Virus record (IMG/VR): IMGVR_UViG_3300037963_003836 | Length of the DNA: 64,000 bases | Strand: one strand, 5' to 3' | Source of the DNA: an uncultured virus (IMG/VR IMGVR_UViG_3300037963_003836) | Taxonomy: Duplodnaviria; Heunggongvirae; Uroviricota; Caudoviricetes | In this document: positions 43,802 through 55,300 of the stretch, one piece after another | Layout of the letters: each line of letters starts with the position of its first letter | Position numbering within the stretch: the first letter of the stretch is position 1 | Program-made: the position numbers and the translations under genes | The notes under the pieces: model-generated | Databases searched by the model: none | What the model was told of the DNA's origin: nothing | What the model saw: the letters and a program-made list of their open reading frames with translations, nothing else

Positions 43802-46012
43802 TTACCAAGTTCTACACGCCCAATATCTTGCTTTATGTCTTGGGCCTGGATTATCACAGTTGTGTCTTGACCTAAATGCTTTTCTTCTTGCAGGGTCAGA
43901 CTTTTTGATTCTCATGGTTTTTTCACCACCTTTACCTTTGTGACCAAAGTTTACTTTTACTACATTACCTTTTGGGTTTTTAACATAAACTTTAAACTTT
44001 TTAACGTCACCTTGCATAATCTTACCAAGTTTAACATCTCTACCTTGATATTCTGCCTCATTTACAGTAGGATTTAACGCGTAAGGGTCTTTTTCATATT
44101 CTCTCATAAATTCTATGAATTCTTTTACGTCTTGGTAATTTTCTACATCATATTCTTCTATTGATTCTTTTTTCTTACCCTTTTTACCTTTTGCTTTATA
44201 TCCACTTGCAAATGCTGCTCTTCTTTGTGCGTCACTTGCAAATCCTTCGTAGATAGATTTAAGATACTTTAAAAACTCTCTGTCGTTCTTCATATCTTTA
44301 AAATCATCATCTTTAAATACATTCTTGATAAAATCTCTTGCGTCTTTAGAATTTTGTCTGATTAGGTCTAAGTTAGAGAATACACCTTCATTTACACCTT
44401 CATTAAATCCATAAACATAACCAGCTTTATGTAAAGTATTTACAAACTTTGCTAAATCTTTTTTATTTTTGAAAATTTGGATATCAAAGAAATCACTACC
44501 ATCTTTGTGTGTCTTTTTTCCATCGTGGTAAGAGATTGTGTATTTTGCTTTACCAATACCATCTTTTTGGTAGTATCTTTTCTTACCTTCATCGATACCT
44601 TTTACTTTTCTTTTAATAATCATTGTGACACCACCTAAATCTTTCGCCCACTTTTCAGCGTCTTTCTTATCTTTGTAAGCTGCGGTTGTTACTGGCTTCA
44701 CTCCTTTTTTTGGTGCGTACAATACAATATATGCCTCGTTTACTGATTCACCAATTAAAGAATCTACATCAGTATGGATATCTTTCCACTTATTAAATTT
44801 TTGATTACGAAGTGCACTATAAAGAGCCATCGTATATTTTTGTGAATTATTATGAATTCTTCTTTTTACTAAATCAACGGCGCCAGGAATTGGTTTTCCT
44901 TTTTGAATTGAATCAACTGCTGCCTTGAATGCTTTGTAATCGTTAAAAGATTCTTCTTTTCTTCTATCTATGAGAACTTGGAAAATATAATCTTTTGCCT
45001 TATTCACATCACCTTTGAACTTATCTAAGATTTGTTGTGCACCTTTATCTTTTTTTTGTAATGCTCTTTCAAAGTTTCCGATTTGAGTTTTTGCAAATCC
45101 TTTGTTATTAAAGTAATCTCGCTTATCAAAGATACCATATACTTTTTCAAAGGTAGAATCTTTTGATTTGAATTCTTCATTTACTGATTCGTTCTTTTCT
45201 ACAAACTTAATAACATCTCTCATAGTTTTTTTACCATTGAATGCCATTTTTTTGTATGCGTCAACATATGATGATGGACCTTCTATTTCTACATAAGAGG
45301 TTTTCATTTTACCTTGTGGATTCATATCGTGATATGCTTTTACACTAACTCTTGGGTGACCACTTGGAAATATTCTTTTTAAATCTTTTTGTTGGTCAGT
45401 TATAGATTTGTAAGTATGTTTGTATTTAGCTTCATTTAGTGATTCATTTACATCATACATCTTACTATTTCTACCAACTGATACAAGAGTTAAACCTTTG
45501 TGTTTCTTACTTAACTTTTCTAACTCTTTATTTGCTTTGTTGATATCACCATCGCCTGGTCTGTTACCACCATCTCGGTAATAGATTTTACCATAGTCTT
45601 GTTTGTTTTTATCAAACTTATCTACTATCACTAATAATTCGTTTACTGATTCTTTCTTCATTACAGTAAATGCGACATTTACCATTTTAGGTAAAGATAG
45701 TTTTGAAAACTTTTCTTTGTTAGATTTGTTGATTGCATCATACACTTTAGTAACTGCTGATGCTGAGAACATATCAACTCTCATCATTTTACCACTCTTT
45801 GGGTCTTTGATTTTTTTGTTTTGTTTTTTATTAACGATATCTCTTAATTGTGAAATTACTTCAGGTTCAGATACTTCGTTTACAAATGACTTTGCGTAAG
45901 GATTAGAAATCACTTTACCTAACTCAGGTGTGAATCCATATTTGTCTTCCATAAATGATTTAACATTTTGGTACTCTTCCTTAATGATGTGTTTGAGTTG
46001 GTTCTTATCCAT
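43802..46012 (-). CDS. Modular putative internal head (poly)protein
   Basis: Basic modules separated by ESVNE/ESLNE/GVNE linkers; C-terminal AEYQGR...RHNC...ARYWAC domain. Confidence 0.7.
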   Translation of the reverse strand: MDKNQLKHIIKEEYQNVKSFMEDKYGFTPELGKVISNPYAKSFVNEVSEPEVISQLRDIVNKKQNKKIKDPKSGKMMRVDMFSASAVTKVYDAINKSNKEKFSKLSLPKMVNVAFTVMKKESVNELLVIVDKFDKNKQDYGKIYYRDGGNRPGDGDINKANKELEKLSKKHKGLTLVSVGRNSKMYDVNESLNEAKYKHTYKSITDQQKDLKRIFPSGHPRVSVKAYHDMNPQGKMKTSYVEIEGPSSYVDAYKKMAFNGKKTMRDVIKFVEKNESVNEEFKSKDSTFEKVYGIFDKRDYFNNKGFAKTQIGNFERALQKKDKGAQQILDKFKGDVNKAKDYIFQVLIDRRKEESFNDYKAFKAAVDSIQKGKPIPGAVDLVKRRIHNNSQKYTMALYSALRNQKFNKWKDIHTDVDSLIGESVNEAYIVLYAPKKGVKPVTTAAYKDKKDAEKWAKDLGGVTMIIKRKVKGIDEGKKRYYQKDGIGKAKYTISYHDGKKTHKDGSDFFDIQIFKNKKDLAKFVNTLHKAGYVYGFNEGVNEGVFSNLDLIRQNSKDARDFIKNVFKDDDFKDMKNDREFLKYLKSIYEGFASDAQRRAAFASGYKAKGKKGKKKESIEEYDVENYQDVKEFIEFMREYEKDPYALNPTVNEAEYQGRDVKLGKIMQGDVKKFKVYVKNPKGNVVKVNFGHKGKGGEKTMRIKKSDPARRKAFRSRHNCDNPGPRHKARYWACRTW

Positions 46013-46020
46013 ACTTACCT

Positions 46021-47433
46021 TTAACTTGCGTACTTCATTAATTCTTTAACTTTCTTTTCCATAGCGGGTACTTTGAGTCCGTATGTGTTTGCCATCAACT
46101 CTTTCATGTATCCTGAGTCAAGAAAGTTTTGTAATTCTTTTTTAGTTGCTACTGATGATTTGAAATCATTTTTTGCAATCTTATCTAATTCTTGTGCAGA
46201 AATTTTACCTTTCATATAGGCAGTCATTGCGTCATCTTTGTAATTGTACTTACCTTCGTTCAATGATTTCAAATGTTTGATTGTAGATTCTCTTAAGGTA
46301 TTGTCTTCTCTCATTGCCCTTGCTAAAGTCTTGATATACTTTAACTCGTCTTTTGCACCTTTATGTTTAGCGTATCTCTCTAATCCGAATCCCATCATGA
46401 TACCTAAAGATAAGTGTAATCTTGCTTTTTTAGCTCTTGGATACTTTCTACCATATGGTGAAGAGTTAAACCAATCTAACATCGCCTGTGCCATTGGTAC
46501 AGATAATTTGATTCCTTCTACTTCACGAGTCTGTCCTTTGATTACTCTTTTCAATCCACCTTCTGCTGAGATTTCATTGATTACTGATTCTCTCATATTA
46601 CCATCATAATTCATTGCCCAATTATCAAGACCATCTAACATCTTAGCAATCTTTCTTTCATCGGGTGTACCATAAGGATTGTAGTTTAACTTGTCTTTCA
46701 TTACATCAAGTTCTCTTTGACCGAAGTTTTCGTATCCACCTCTTTTTTGCCATTTCTTCATTAAGACTTTTTTCATCCTTGATATAGCTTTACTAACTTG
46801 TGATGGTTTCATTTTACTGAAATCTGCTTCCTTCATTGTATCCGCATCACTTACCGTATCGTGTTCGGGTGCTTTTATACCTTCACCTTTAGTTTTTCTC
46901 CATCCACCACCTGCTGCTTTATATTGTTTCGCCGCCCATGCATTTGCGTATGCTGATGGATATACATCAAACTTCTTTTTAGCTTGTGATTTGTAGTAAG
47001 ACCATTTAGATGGATTTGTAGGAACATTCTTTTCAACAAGAACTGATAAGTTTTCTAATAGTTTAGATTCTCTATTTAGAGATTCGTTTTTAAGGTCAGT
47101 AATTTTTTTACCTACGGGACCACCTACATACATTGATACAAAGAATCCGATTGCGTCAAGAATATCGTGTCCATCCCATTTTGCCATTGTTGCAATATCT
47201 ACACCTTTATCTTCAAGACTATCTTCCCACTCTCGTTTACCAAAGTATTTTGCATTTTTAGCTTTTGGAAATAATTTATCTACTTTCTTAGATGTACTAT
47301 GAAAGTTTGCGTCTGTTAATGCACCTTTTAAAATAAACATTAAAGCGTGATGTGCTTCAGGAGACGATGCTTTCGTTCCTTTAAAATACGCGTCTAAGAA
47401 TTTCTTAACTTTTTTATTTAGTTTTGGATTCAT
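46021..47433 (-). CDS. Modular putative internal head (poly)protein
   Basis: Modules separated by LVE/MKE/VINE/LNE; YPSAYANAW..KQYK..GGGW module. Confidence 0.65.
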   Translation of the reverse strand: MNPKLNKKVKKFLDAYFKGTKASSPEAHHALMFILKGALTDANFHSTSKKVDKLFPKAKNAKYFGKREWEDSLEDKGVDIATMAKWDGHDILDAIGFFVSMYVGGPVGKKITDLKNESLNRESKLLENLSVLVEKNVPTNPSKWSYYKSQAKKKFDVYPSAYANAWAAKQYKAAGGGWRKTKGEGIKAPEHDTVSDADTMKEADFSKMKPSQVSKAISRMKKVLMKKWQKRGGYENFGQRELDVMKDKLNYNPYGTPDERKIAKMLDGLDNWAMNYDGNMRESVINEISAEGGLKRVIKGQTREVEGIKLSVPMAQAMLDWFNSSPYGRKYPRAKKARLHLSLGIMMGFGLERYAKHKGAKDELKYIKTLARAMREDNTLRESTIKHLKSLNEGKYNYKDDAMTAYMKGKISAQELDKIAKNDFKSSVATKKELQNFLDSGYMKELMANTYGLKVPAMEKKVKELMKYAS

Positions 47434-47844
47434 CTATGCTCCTGTCTTAGTATTAGTGGGTGCTTTACCTTTGGTTCTGTTCCCACCTTTTTTAGCGTCA
47501 CCACCTTTTTTTTGTGCCGCTCTTTTTCTTCTTACAAATGCTGCTCTACCTTTTGGTCCAAGTTTTTTTGCTTTCTCTTGTGATAAACAGGCTGCGTATG
47601 CTCCACCTTCTTTACCATCACCACACTTACCTAACTTCTGACCGTCACTTCCGTATCTATCCCAACCACCACCTGACGCGGTACCTGTCTTTCCTTTACC
47701 GAACCATTTACGAAGGTCTTCGTTCATTAGTCCTTCTGAAACTAATCTTTCATATACATCAGAAATGGTGTACTCCAACGCTAACGTGTGAGGGACACCA
47801 TCTGTCTTGTACGACTCGTAAGTTTCTTTAATAAAGGTTTTCAT
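47434..47844 (-). CDS. Basic hypothetical head-cluster protein
   Basis: MKTFIKE leader; MNE|DLRKWF...GGW...CG...CL. Confidence 0.7.
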   Translation of the reverse strand: MKTFIKETYESYKTDGVPHTLALEYTISDVYERLVSEGLMNEDLRKWFGKGKTGTASGGGWDRYGSDGQKLGKCGDGKEGGAYAACLSQEKAKKLGPKGRAAFVRRKRAAQKKGGDAKKGGNRTKGKAPTNTKTGA

Positions 47845-48422
47845 CTACTCTCCACTTTTTGGATATAGTTTTCTTTAAAAATACGAAACTCGTTTTCAAT
47901 CTTTTCTTCCATCTCGTCCCAAGACATTCCATTCCATTCTTCAAATGAACCGTCTTCGTTAACGAACTTCGTTTTCAATCCTGCCTTTAATGCTTCCTTT
48001 TCAATCTCGGCTTGTTTAAACCAAGATTTCATGTTAGCCAACATTTTATCTTTTTCGTAGTCCTTATACCCACCACTTAGTTTTAATTCGTGTTCCATTT
48101 GGATAACACAATCGAAACACATCCCATGAATTGTTTTCATTTTGATGTCATTTCGTTTAGGGTTTGTACAAGTACAAATTTCTTTTTTACAGTTTGGGAA
48201 TGTGTTGAGTTCTTTTCTTAACTCTGAAAGTTTACCAAGTTTAACTTTGTACCCTTTCTTTTGTTCCCAAACATTTCCATTGTCATCCGTCCATCTATCA
48301 CCGACTTCTCTTTTGACAATAGTTTTAGTCTCACCAAAACCAACAGTGGTTTTAGTTTGACTTTTGTGTGTTCCAGCAACCATCTCTTTGACTGCTTTTA
48401 CATTTTTTAATTTTTTTGACAT
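47841..48422 (-). CDS. Hypothetical protein with Cys cluster
   Basis: REVGDRWTD..G..WEQK.G; C..C and CFDC possible Zn site. Confidence 0.7.
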   Translation of the reverse strand: MSKKLKNVKAVKEMVAGTHKSQTKTTVGFGETKTIVKREVGDRWTDDNGNVWEQKKGYKVKLGKLSELRKELNTFPNCKKEICTCTNPKRNDIKMKTIHGMCFDCVIQMEHELKLSGGYKDYEKDKMLANMKSWFKQAEIEKEALKAGLKTKFVNEDGSFEEWNGMSWDEMEEKIENEFRIFKENYIQKVESR

Positions 48423-48458
48423 AACCGTTTGTTAATACTTTATATAAATATACAAAAA

Positions 48459-51400
48459 TTAATAGAAAAGTCCAAGTATTTGATTAAGTGGTGCAAAAGT
48501 ACCTGTTAACTTGTATGTGTTACCTTTATATGTAAATACAATACCTTCATTTGGTACTATCTTATTTCTACCACCAATACTATTTAATCGTTCTAATTCC
48601 ATTTTTAATTTTGCAATCTTTTTCTCATCACCACTCTTGTTTACATCCTTGATAGTTTTATCTAATTGTTTCTGAATGTCACGGAGTGCTTTATCAGGAT
48701 TTACTGTTAATGCTGATGACATAAATGATAAAACTTCCGCACCTACACCTAAGAATATATCTTCAAATGGTCTAATATTTTGTTTAGCCATTTTAGCGTG
48801 GTCTTGTTTGTCTGTCTTCTTTGCCCAATCTAAAGTTTTAGAATCAGAAATATTTTTCTTATCTAATCTAAACTTCTTGTCATAAAATGCCCATCTTTTA
48901 ACTAATCCCATTTTGGTTTTGTTATCTAAAGTAGATGGTGAGTTTTTATCTACAAAATTACTCCACCATGCTTGATGATAGTCTGCAACTCCATTTGAAT
49001 CTTTTAGTTTAAATTCTTTTTGAAGTTTACTTACTTGTGAGAAAAACTTAGATTGCATTTTAGACAGTTCTTTAGTTTTTGGTAAATTAATAACAGGTGG
49101 ACCTTTTATTGTATACTGACTTTGCACATCTGCGTTTACTTGTTTAATCATACCCGCAAGTACTTTTGCGTCAGAAGTATCTGCACCTATTGCTTTTCCA
49201 TCTTCACCGTATTCCATTGTTCCGTGGAATACTAATAGAGGTTGACCATATGGTATTACGTTTACTGACTCCGGCCATATGACTTCAAGGTTCATAAATT
49301 TTGAGCCATCCTTGAATATTTTTTGTCTTTGCGCGTCGGAAAGTTTAGAAATGGCTGATTCTAAGTCTCTCATAGCGAAATTATACGCATCGGTCAACCC
49401 ACCCCTATTAGCAAACTTATCTGAGACACCTTTAATGTCTAATGCGTTAAGTCCTCTATTTTTGAGGTGTCCTTGATTTCTAGCTGCAATAATACCTCTA
49501 TCTTTACGATATGATATTGCTAATGCTTGTCCATCTGTTTTTTCTCTTGTAAATTCTAATTTACCATTTAGAGCATTTGAAATGATTGTTTTTAAATCAC
49601 CAAATGTTAAATTCATTTCGGTATCAAATGGGTGATTCATATGTCCATATGCTCCACCTTCCATAATCATACCTTCATCAAATATATTCTGTGTTCCTAC
49701 ATTTCCAACATAGGAAACAAAATACAGTCTTTGTTTACCAACTTTTTTAGAAAGTACTTGTCCTTCTCTACCTGAACTATCAAGTTCTTTTTTTGCGTTA
49801 TCAGGTTTTAAATAAAACTTTCTCTTTTGTTTCATTAGAGATGCTTTTTTACTTTTTACTTTCTTCTTTGGTTTTTTCTTCTCATCTAAGAAGTTTTCTT
49901 TTTCTTTATTCTTAATCCATAATCCTATCTGTGGACCTTTAATATCTTTAGGTACATCTCTACCACCAACTGATAAATTGAATTTAACAAACTTATCCAT
50001 ATCTTTACCAATTGACTTTCCAAACTTTTTTATTTGGTCATCTGATAAAGATGTTTTGTTTTGCGCGTTTTTATATACAACAATATCATCAGGTCTAAAT
50101 GACTGAAGTGATACTAAGAATACTATATTATTTTTTTCTTCGTTTGAGTATGTAAGTTTGTTTAATACTTTTGATAATACTACGGGTGAGTTTTTAGATA
50201 ATATTGATGATAAGAATAAAATATAATCGTTATCATTTGGATATGGTTTTGATACTTTTAGATTTGGAAGTATCTGTTGTGTAAATCCAAGTTTGTCACA
50301 CATCTCTAAATACTTAGAAGGATTCTTTGCTTTCTTTATAGATTTAACAAACTCATCTCTGATTCTTTCAGCACTTACACCTTTTAGTGATGGGTCACTT
50401 TGAAGTGCGTCGTGTAGTTCTTTATCAAGTTTACCACCTGTACTTGCTTGGAATCTTAACGCTCTTAATTTTCTAAGTGGGTCTTCATCAAATCTTTCTG
50501 ATGCTTTACCTACTGTTCTAATGTTTTTCTTTTTAAGGTCTGCGATACCACCAACTAAATCTACGATTTCTTTTTTATCAATATCATAGAATAATGCGTT
50601 GATAGTTAAATCTCTTCTTCTAACATCACCTTCTATATCTGTATAATCAACTGACGATGGTCTTCTACCTTTACCGATATCTTTTCTAAATGTTGCAATC
50701 TCATGTCCACCAACCATCACAACTCCGAATGATTTACCAACCTCAACAGTTTTCATTCCTGTGTCTTTTGCAATCTTTAGAACTTCATCAGGTTTTGCGT
50801 CTGTTGCTAAATCATAATCCTTTGGTGACTTACCAAGTATTGCGTCTCTTACTGCTCCACCCACTACATAAAGTTTCTTACCATTCTTTTTAAATGCTTT
50901 GTGAATTTTTTGAATATCAGATGGTATCTTCAGTAATTGTTTTGCCTCATTTATTAAATCATATCTTTCAATAGATTCTTTTAATGTACCTGTTGTATCT
51001 TCTTCTTTCTTAGGTTCATCTGAAAGTACATTATCTTGGTCTTTTGGTTCTAAGAAGTTTAAGAACTCATATCCTAATTGTAATGCAACACCTTTGATAT
51101 GATTTGCCCACTTTCTGTATGCTGGTAGTCCTTGTAGGTCATCACCATATCTTACTGCTAATGCGTCAAGACCTGCTTTACCTTGTGGAAAGAATGAAAC
51201 GGGATATCTACCTGGCCCATTAGGATATTCGGTATCTGTAAATGATTCCATATCATCTTCGTCCATAAGATATGTGACAATGTTCCATCCAAGTTTACCA
51301 ATTACTTCTTCCATCTCGGATTTAAAAGTTTTCATGTCACCATAAAATGCGCCTGGTCCATCATCTACTACACCTTTTCCTAAATTTAAGACAGACGCTT

Positions 51401-52367
51401 CATCTATTTTATGCAACTCTTCACCCTTTTCACCAATACCCGATGTTACAAAATCATCACTTGGTACAGGTTCTTTTAACGCTGGATTCTTTTTTATTTT
51501 TTTGATTGCGTAGTATTCGGCTTCATCTGATGTACCTTTAGAGTCTTTAGAATATATTGAATCTGCTGTTGGAAAATGCATTTGAGTATATCCCATTGAA
51601 TCCATCCAAGGTTCGTCTTTTTGACTACTTTTCTGAGTTCCTAATACTCTTTTTTTTCCAGCTGGTACATAAATAGTATCAGGTTCACCTGCGTCTGCAC
51701 CATATAAAGAACCTTCAATTAAACTTTTAAAATTAATTGATTCAAAAAACGATTCCATTACAGATTCAGTTTTTGTTATTTTTTTTGTAAGTAGATTAAA
51801 TATCTTTGGGTCAAACTTTCCATATACTTTTTTAAAGAATGCTTTCTTTTGTGATTCTTCACCTCTACCTATTCCTTGACGAACTTCTGTTCCTGAAATA
51901 CCTCTACCTTGTGGTGGTACGATATAAACATATCCGTTGTCTTTCATAGGTAAATCAGTATTTCCTTTGTATGGTTGAAAGTATCTTCCTTTACCCATAC
52001 CCAATCTACCTTTATCTTTTTCACCAACAACAGTTACAAATGCCGTTTTCTTATCGTCAAACTTTTTTAAAATCTCGTCAGGTCTATATGGATTTTTTAC
52101 TTGATGTATATTACTTTTTGGGATACCAAACATCTTGGTCATGATTTGAACTTTTTCTTTAAAGTTAAAAGGCGACTTTGGTAATTGTACTTTATTAGAG
52201 GTTCCAATATGTACATTTTGTTTACCGAACTTTTTTACCAAATGTTGGTAAACCGCGTTGTGACCTGAATGGAATGGGTGAAATCTTCCAACATAAGTTA
52301 CTACTGTTTTGTTAGTCTGTTCAGTCAATAAAGACTCTACTACCCATTGTTTAATTTTTTGTCCCAT
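48459..52367 (-). CDS. Multidomain protein: HIGH nucleotidyltransferase + class II CCA-adding/poly(A) polymerase + ATP-dependent ligase-like domain
   Basis: GRFHPFHSGH and ISGTEVR; VGGAVRD..LG..PKDYDLAT, RRDLTINA, EDPLRKLRALRF, SAERIRDE; EKTDG, NLEV, LVFH, EGIVF, YKL. Confidence 0.85.
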   Translation of the reverse strand: MGQKIKQWVVESLLTEQTNKTVVTYVGRFHPFHSGHNAVYQHLVKKFGKQNVHIGTSNKVQLPKSPFNFKEKVQIMTKMFGIPKSNIHQVKNPYRPDEILKKFDDKKTAFVTVVGEKDKGRLGMGKGRYFQPYKGNTDLPMKDNGYVYIVPPQGRGISGTEVRQGIGRGEESQKKAFFKKVYGKFDPKIFNLLTKKITKTESVMESFFESINFKSLIEGSLYGADAGEPDTIYVPAGKKRVLGTQKSSQKDEPWMDSMGYTQMHFPTADSIYSKDSKGTSDEAEYYAIKKIKKNPALKEPVPSDDFVTSGIGEKGEELHKIDEASVLNLGKGVVDDGPGAFYGDMKTFKSEMEEVIGKLGWNIVTYLMDEDDMESFTDTEYPNGPGRYPVSFFPQGKAGLDALAVRYGDDLQGLPAYRKWANHIKGVALQLGYEFLNFLEPKDQDNVLSDEPKKEEDTTGTLKESIERYDLINEAKQLLKIPSDIQKIHKAFKKNGKKLYVVGGAVRDAILGKSPKDYDLATDAKPDEVLKIAKDTGMKTVEVGKSFGVVMVGGHEIATFRKDIGKGRRPSSVDYTDIEGDVRRRDLTINALFYDIDKKEIVDLVGGIADLKKKNIRTVGKASERFDEDPLRKLRALRFQASTGGKLDKELHDALQSDPSLKGVSAERIRDEFVKSIKKAKNPSKYLEMCDKLGFTQQILPNLKVSKPYPNDNDYILFLSSILSKNSPVVLSKVLNKLTYSNEEKNNIVFLVSLQSFRPDDIVVYKNAQNKTSLSDDQIKKFGKSIGKDMDKFVKFNLSVGGRDVPKDIKGPQIGLWIKNKEKENFLDEKKKPKKKVKSKKASLMKQKRKFYLKPDNAKKELDSSGREGQVLSKKVGKQRLYFVSYVGNVGTQNIFDEGMIMEGGAYGHMNHPFDTEMNLTFGDLKTIISNALNGKLEFTREKTDGQALAISYRKDRGIIAARNQGHLKNRGLNALDIKGVSDKFANRGGLTDAYNFAMRDLESAISKLSDAQRQKIFKDGSKFMNLEVIWPESVNVIPYGQPLLVFHGTMEYGEDGKAIGADTSDAKVLAGMIKQVNADVQSQYTIKGPPVINLPKTKELSKMQSKFFSQVSKLQKEFKLKDSNGVADYHQAWWSNFVDKNSPSTLDNKTKMGLVKRWAFYDKKFRLDKKNISDSKTLDWAKKTDKQDHAKMAKQNIRPFEDIFLGVGAEVLSFMSSALTVNPDKALRDIQKQLDKTIKDVNKSGDEKKIAKLKMELERLNSIGGRNKIVPNEGIVFTYKGNTYKLTGTFAPLNQILGLFY

Positions 52368-52375
52368 AATAATAA

Positions 52376-55300
52376 TTATCCGTTACTTCCACTAATCTGT
52401 AATTTTAGTTGTTTTACTTCAGCAGAAAGTTCTTGTATTGCTTTAATCATTGGTGAAATAAACTCACCATATCTAAGTCCCCAAGTACCACCTCTTGCTG
52501 CTCCTATGGATGTTCCTATAGGGTCCTGAGAACCTGTAATTAGTCCTGCGAAATCTGCTGATGTCTTACCTTCGATTGAAAGTGATGAACTGACTTCTTG
52601 TGCTATAAGTCCATAATGAACTCTTGAACCACTTATCCAAGTATAACTAATAGGATTAAGATTTTCAACAAAATCTAAACCTAACGATGATGATTCTATA
52701 TTACGTTTTTGTCTTCTATCAGATGTTTGGATTGTACTATTAGTTGCGTAAATATCATCCCATCTTCTAGCCGCTTGTCCATCAGCACCACCCCATCCAA
52801 GGTCAAAAGTATTATCTTCCCCTGGCCACCAATGACCGTGAACTTCCAATCCTCGGTGTCTACCTGATTGTTGTGAACCTTGTGAAGTATTCTGAAGTGG
52901 AGTTATTGGTACATCACTAACTTCTAAAGAGTTCATGGTTGCTGATGTGATTCTTGCTCCTTTTACGAATCTCATTTCAGTAAGTCGTATACCCGATGGA
53001 CCACCACCACCCGCTCCCGCGATATTAGAACTCTTATACCACCTAAGTTCTACAAAGAAACTGTATATGGGTTTGTCTATATAATAACCACCCACCAATA
53101 CTGCTCTTTTTAGAATTCCAGCCATAGGTAAATTTACATTAAATTGGAGTCCACCTGAAACTACTTCTTGATGATATTCTTTTAGTCTTTCACCATCATC
53201 AGCATCATATATGTGAGTTTCAAGGGTAAATCCACCACCACCCCATGCACCAACAATACCACCTTGGAACTGAAGTGTAAGGTTATCACCTTCTTCATAG
53301 TCACTTTTGTCAAGGTTAATTCGTTCACTTCTAAGACCGAGATAATATAATTCGGAATTTACATTGTAAGTATTATGTGAGATTGGCAACCCGATGTTAA
53401 TTTTTGGAAAATATGATTGACCTGCATTTGGACCAACTGAGCCTGTTTTAAATGAGTATGCGTTAAAAATACCTAAACGTGTTGTATCAGCTAGAGATGG
53501 TAAACCTGTAGAACCACCATCGACAAATCCATTAAACCCTACTTCACCATCTGGCCTTCTACCTTGATAATCTTTGAAATTACCACCTAAATCTGTCCAT
53601 GATGGAAGAGTTTGTGCCCACGCTTGAGTAGAATCCATCAGTCCACTAACTGCCTTACCTGACATTCTATTACCATCCGTACTTCTTATATATGATAGAT
53701 AATCATGTCCCATAGACATGGTGTAGTTTGATAAGTACTGAGTGGCGGGGACTGCACTACCTCTTGTGGTATACCATGTTAAGTTACCACTACTAATCTT
53801 TCCAATACCATTCCCAACTCCCGAACCGACTTCGTAGTGTGAAAACGTTAGTGTATCACCAAATGTTGATGATTGTAGTTGGTCTGCAATCGCATATCTT
53901 TTCTTAAAGTCATGATTACCACCATAAGTACTTGCGTTTCCTGTAGTGTCCCCATTACCTTTTTCCCTTGGACCTGAACCCTTTCCTGACGCGTAGATAT
54001 CTGCAAGTGCGGAACCTGTTGCCCATGTTTCAATAAGTTTTCTTGATTTAGCACCGTGACTACCACTTGCTTTGATAATATTACCCGATATTTTAATACC
54101 CCTTAAGGTTGCCTGATTTGCTGTAATGTTAGCTTCCATATCTAACTCACCACTACTACTTAAGTGGAAAGTTGATGCTGATATTTCTAATTGACTATCT
54201 TCAAATCTAATAAATGATGCACTTACTTCACTTGCAAGTCTACCAATAAACACTCTTGGATTAAAGTTATTAGATTCAAATTGTAATCCCGTATTTCCAA
54301 ATGTGGTATCATTAAGTGTAATTCTTTTTTGTTCGGCGTCTAATAATAAACCTTTACCCGCTCCACTACCTGCATTATTTACTATGGAACCTGTCCCAAT
54401 TACGAATCCACCGATTGAACCTTCAGTTGCAGTAATTTTACCAACAACGATATCACCGTTAGGTTTAACGTGAATTTTAGAAGAACTAATTTCTATTTTA
54501 CTATTTGAACCACTAATATATTGAGAATTCAAATTACCCAATACAAATTTATCTACTCTAACATCTGCTTGTGAACCTGTAATTAAAAGTCTTCCACCAC
54601 CAGGCGCCTCGTTGTCCCAATTTAAGAATGAATTACTACCACTACCTAAGAAGAAATTACCATCACTATCTAAGTAAGATGTAAAATCAGTTAGTGTCGC
54701 ATTTGCACTTGAGATACCATCGTGATATCCAAATACATTTGCAGTCATTAATAGACCTGCTGGTGCAGGACCTACACCTGTTAAGTTTTCATTTGCAAAA
54801 CTAAAGTCTTGATTATCTACACCTGGCGGCCCTGTCGAACCTGGCGAACCTGGCGACCCAGGCGACCCAGGCGACCCTGGCGAACCTGTTGCTCCGTCTG
54901 CTCCGTCATCACCTTGTAATGCTACTGCGACTGACATTGTTTTATTTAATGTAACTGATGCTGATGTTGCTGTAATTACAATAGAACCACTATATGGTGT
55001 AGTGGCGTTTGTAATAGTAACAGTATCACCTGAAAGTGTTGTTGTAATGTGAGATGGTGGTGTTCTTGATATTTCGAAATCATCTGTTACATCTGTTACA
55101 CCTTGGAATACTAATATGTCTGTACTTGCACCTGCGAATGATATAATATTACCCGAACCACTTAATGGTAACGTATGAGAATCGTTTGTTAAAAATGCTG
55201 TTAATGCTGAAACACCATCAGAACCTGCTGCACCTGTTGGACCTGTTGCTCCGTCTGCCCCACCTTCAAGTTTAAATACTTTTACACTATCAGATAAACC

